A stretch of 64,000 bases of DNA from Thainema sp. (GTDB taxonomy: Bacteria > Cyanobacteriota > Cyanobacteriia > Phormidesmidales > Phormidesmidaceae). Location of the stretch: assembly GCA_052168235.1 (NCBI GenBank), contig JBQLZK010000009.1, positions 85,638-149,637 on the forward strand, written 5' to 3'. The notes beneath the pieces were generated by a model that saw nothing but the letters and a program-made list of their open reading frames with translations, was not told where the DNA came from and did not search any database. Positions 61,199-64,000 of the stretch are shown one piece after another; the first letter of the stretch is position 1, and the number at the start of each line of letters is the position of its first letter. The translations under genes and the position numbers were made by a program.

Positions 61199-61846
61199 AT
61201 GCAACACCAGCGAAGCCGCTCTCAGTTCAATGGCCTTTTTCTCACTCTGGGCTTGCCTGCTCTAGCTCTGGTCTCGCTATTGGGGGCTACCCCCAGCCTT
61301 GCCGCTATTCAAACTTCAAGCGAATTCGACATGGCAAACGAGCCGGTAAAGGTCGCTAACCTTTTTGACTTTCTGGACGCAGTAAATGAGGGCATACAAA
61401 CTATTCAAACTATTCAAGATGACATACAGGGTGAACAGGCACCTGCTACTCAGCCCATTTCATCAGAAGAACGGCCTTCAGGCACACAAATAAGACAGCA
61501 ACCTTCTTCCAATGCTGCGTCCCAACCTGTTGACGAGGATTTGTATCAGATGCTAAGTCGAAGAAGTGACGAGGCCCATGAGGAGTGGTACAGCAGAATT
61601 GACCCCATAATTTTGCATATGCCGGGTACACAATACCGTGCTTGGAAGAGAACTTTGTCAAACGAGGATAGGGAAGCGTTTGATACGATTACTCGACAAC
61701 GCAATTATGAAGCACGAGAGCAAATTAATCAGGCGGTGCCTATGGTAATTCAAGAAGCTCTCACTCAGCCTGATCAAGGAGACTACCCGTACGGAATGAG
61801 TGCAGACGAATATTATTGCTATATCGATCCCAGTTGTGGGCGTTAA
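61199..61846 (+). CDS. Hypothetical exported protein
   Basis: AAGGA RBS and signal peptide LALVSLLGATPSLA. Confidence 0.7.
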   Translation: MQHQRSRSQFNGLFLTLGLPALALVSLLGATPSLAAIQTSSEFDMANEPVKVANLFDFLDAVNEGIQTIQTIQDDIQGEQAPATQPISSEERPSGTQIRQQPSSNAASQPVDEDLYQMLSRRSDEAHEEWYSRIDPIILHMPGTQYRAWKRTLSNEDREAFDTITRQRNYEAREQINQAVPMVIQEALTQPDQGDYPYGMSADEYYCYIDPSCGR

Positions 61847-62425
61847 CCTTTCGAGGGTTAACCTAGATTTCTTAGCGTTCCACTGATGGTGCCCATCTTT
61901 TGTTTTCTACTACTGTGCAAAAGCTAACCGGACTGATAGCCATTTGCCTATATTCCTAGCGCCTTTGTGCTGAATACAGTGTTTGCAAAAAGTGTTGCAG
62001 CAAATTATGCACCTGATCACTTTATCGCAGATCTATTAGAAGCGATGGAAAACACATCGGATGACTACGAAGCCGAATTGCCCTTATCCATACAATCCCT
62101 GTAGGGAATTGTGACTATGATCCGATCCAATTGCTCTGTGATGCTCCATCCTGGCTATGAAGCATTGGAAAACGCTAACTTGTCAACGCGAGGCTACAAA
62201 CTCTCTACCGATAGCGGGTTAATGCGGTACACATCTGCTGCGGATAGGGTACTCACTCGTGATGCTGCTTTTATGATCTCAATTCGTAATGCTCCTAGAT
62301 CGACTTCTTGTGATGTGTTAGAGCAGATCACCTATGGGTTAATTGGCGTCTACGTCTACCTAGATCACGACATCGATCTTAATACGGGTTTACCGGTGCG
62401 CTAATTGCTTTAAGAGGTCACACCC

Positions 62426-63007
62426 ATGCAAAATTCCTTCCTGCATCGCCTTTGCCTCAAGCTTAGGCTACTCGGTCTAGCTCTGGTAGCGCTCAGCAGC
62501 GCTACCCCCAGCCTGGCCACTGACCAGTCTCTCAGTCCTTTACTGGCCCAATCATCTAATCACAGCCGCCCTGTCAACTTTGAAGCCAATCCTGAACTAT
62601 GCAGTGGCCAGGTTGTAAGCAATGGGCAAATTTGTATCATCGATTTGCCCGCCACCCAGCGTCCTGGCCAGCGGTTGGCGATGAAAAGCTCTCTCTTCAC
62701 CGATCCCAATATTTTCACGCGTATCTTGACCACAATTCGAGTTATCGAGATGGAGCCCAACCAAGATAATCTGGCCTACTCGGTCTTTGTGGATGATGCC
62801 ACTCTACCCGACCAGTTCAATCCTGATGGGTTTGACCGTCCGCTACTCTTTTTCAGCGTCCGCAATGATGGGGCAGTGGCTATCAATACCGACTACGGCG
62901 AGTACCCACCCGGCTTTGATCAAGAAGAAGAGGCCAACCGATTGCTGAATGTTCACTTTGAGGACATTCAGCAGTTGATTAACGCCCTGATGCAAACTCG
63001 CCCTTGA
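62426..63007 (+). CDS. Hypothetical exported protein
   Basis: GAGG RBS and signal peptide LALVALSSATPSLA. Confidence 0.7.
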   Translation: MQNSFLHRLCLKLRLLGLALVALSSATPSLATDQSLSPLLAQSSNHSRPVNFEANPELCSGQVVSNGQICIIDLPATQRPGQRLAMKSSLFTDPNIFTRILTTIRVIEMEPNQDNLAYSVFVDDATLPDQFNPDGFDRPLLFFSVRNDGAVAINTDYGEYPPGFDQEEEANRLLNVHFEDIQQLINALMQTRP

Positions 63008-63209
63008 CAAGGTGGCTTCAACGAAGCGATCCAAAGCCTGAGCAAGCCAAGTAAATCTCGCGGGGCGCTCAAATTCCTATCCCCGCCGCAAGCGGACGGG
63101 GCATTACGGAATTTGCCCTTCGGGGCGCACTCCCGCGTCACCACTAACGTGGCAAGCCACGGGGAATTGACTCACTAAGAGATTAAATCTGACATATTAA
63201 TTTAATCGG

Positions 63210-63815
63210 GTAAACCCCCAGCTCTGCTGGGGGACTCCCAGAGTTTGACAGTTCCAGGAGTCTAGGAAAGAGTCTCTTTAACGTAAGCCGTTGTGTGCTT
63301 ACGACAAGGAGACTCAATGAAAGATATCGGCAGTTTAAGTCATACAAAATGGGAGTGCAAATATCACGTGGTGTTTATTCCCAAGTATCGGCGCAAGGCA
63401 ATGTGCAAAGAGCTACGACAGTATTTGGGAGAGTTGTTCCACGAGCTGGCTCGTCAGAAGGAGTGTCGGCTCCAAGAAGGACATTTGTGTGCGGATCATG
63501 TGCATATGCTGATCTCGATTCCGCCCAAGTACTTCGTGTCTCAAGCGGTCGGGTTCATCAAAGGTAAGAGTGCGATTTCGATTGCGCGTACTTATGGTGG
63601 GAAGCGGAAGAACTTTGTCGGACAGCACTTTTGGGCACGAAGGTACTATGTTTCTACAGTGAGTCGGGAGGAATCTATCGCGCGCCAATACATTCGACAG
63701 CAAGAAGCGGAGGATCAACGGATTGAGCAATTGCGACTAACCGACGAGTGGTAATGACACTGCCGCTTTGAGCGGCTCCTTCTTCAAGCCTCCGGCAAAG
63801 CCGGAGGTTGTGACT
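63210..63815 (+). mobile_element. IS200/IS605-family insertion sequence (tnpA only); ends approximate
   Basis: Subterminal hairpins CCCCCAGC-TCT-GCTGGGGG (left) and CCTCCGGC-AAA-GCCGGAGG (right) flank a Y1 transposase. Confidence 0.85.
63317..63754 (+). CDS. tnpA: IS200-family Y1 HUH transposase
   Basis: CKYHVVFIPKYRRK, DHVHML (HUH), FWARRYYVSTV and YIRQQ motifs. Confidence 0.93.
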   Translation: MKDIGSLSHTKWECKYHVVFIPKYRRKAMCKELRQYLGELFHELARQKECRLQEGHLCADHVHMLISIPPKYFVSQAVGFIKGKSAISIARTYGGKRKNFVGQHFWARRYYVSTVSREESIARQYIRQQEAEDQRIEQLRLTDEW

Positions 63816-64000
63816 TGTCTTGAAATCGTAAAATATTCAAATCGCAAAAATCCGCAATTTCATACAATTAATAGTCGATTTCTTTGTTGATATAAACAGT
63901 TCCATAAATGTGGAATGGTGGAAATTCTGCTAGCGGCTTTCTAAAAGGGATTGTAAATTAGATTGTGTCAAAGGTCAGAGATGAGATCTAATGAACTATT

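Noticed and set aside
62111..62404. 97-aa ORF between the exported proteins
   Set aside because: No clear start signal or motif; possibly a degraded gene, but unsupported.

Overview
This window looks like part of a large cyanobacterial plasmid or integrated mobile element. The HIP1 octamer GCGATCGC is frequent and several protein families are typical of cyanobacteria. From left to right it contains: (1) 0.3-8.4 kb, a mobile-element backbone with an XRE switch, an operon of membrane and coiled-coil proteins around an FtsK/SpoIIIE-type ATPase, and an RHH regulator; (2) 8.7-18.3 kb, a replication/partition region with two convergent paralogous AEP-primase-like genes, about 0.9 kb of bipartite 31-bp iteron-like repeats split by a perfect 59-bp palindrome, a Rep-like protein with a C-terminal HTH, yhcG, and parA-parB with a parS-like palindrome both upstream of parA and inside parB; (3) 18.4-31.3 kb, decaying cargo (aldo-keto reductase, arfB with a broken GGQ motif, orphan antitoxins, LysR-trpBA, GST, DHFR-like, thermonuclease, dinB, several pseudogenes); (4) a gene for a ~2850-aa DUF4347/LVIVD/cadherin-like surface protein; (5) a three-gene Druantia-like DUF1998-helicase operon; (6) a PPC-TPR-CHAT, sigma-like, DUF1822, CHAT-CHASE2, DUF928 signalling cluster followed by small secreted proteins; (7) an IS200-family element. 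A fixed-geometry 42-bp palindrome (ATTCGTGT-N26-ACACGAAT) occurs four times at module boundaries. All family calls come from motif recognition by eye, not from database searches.
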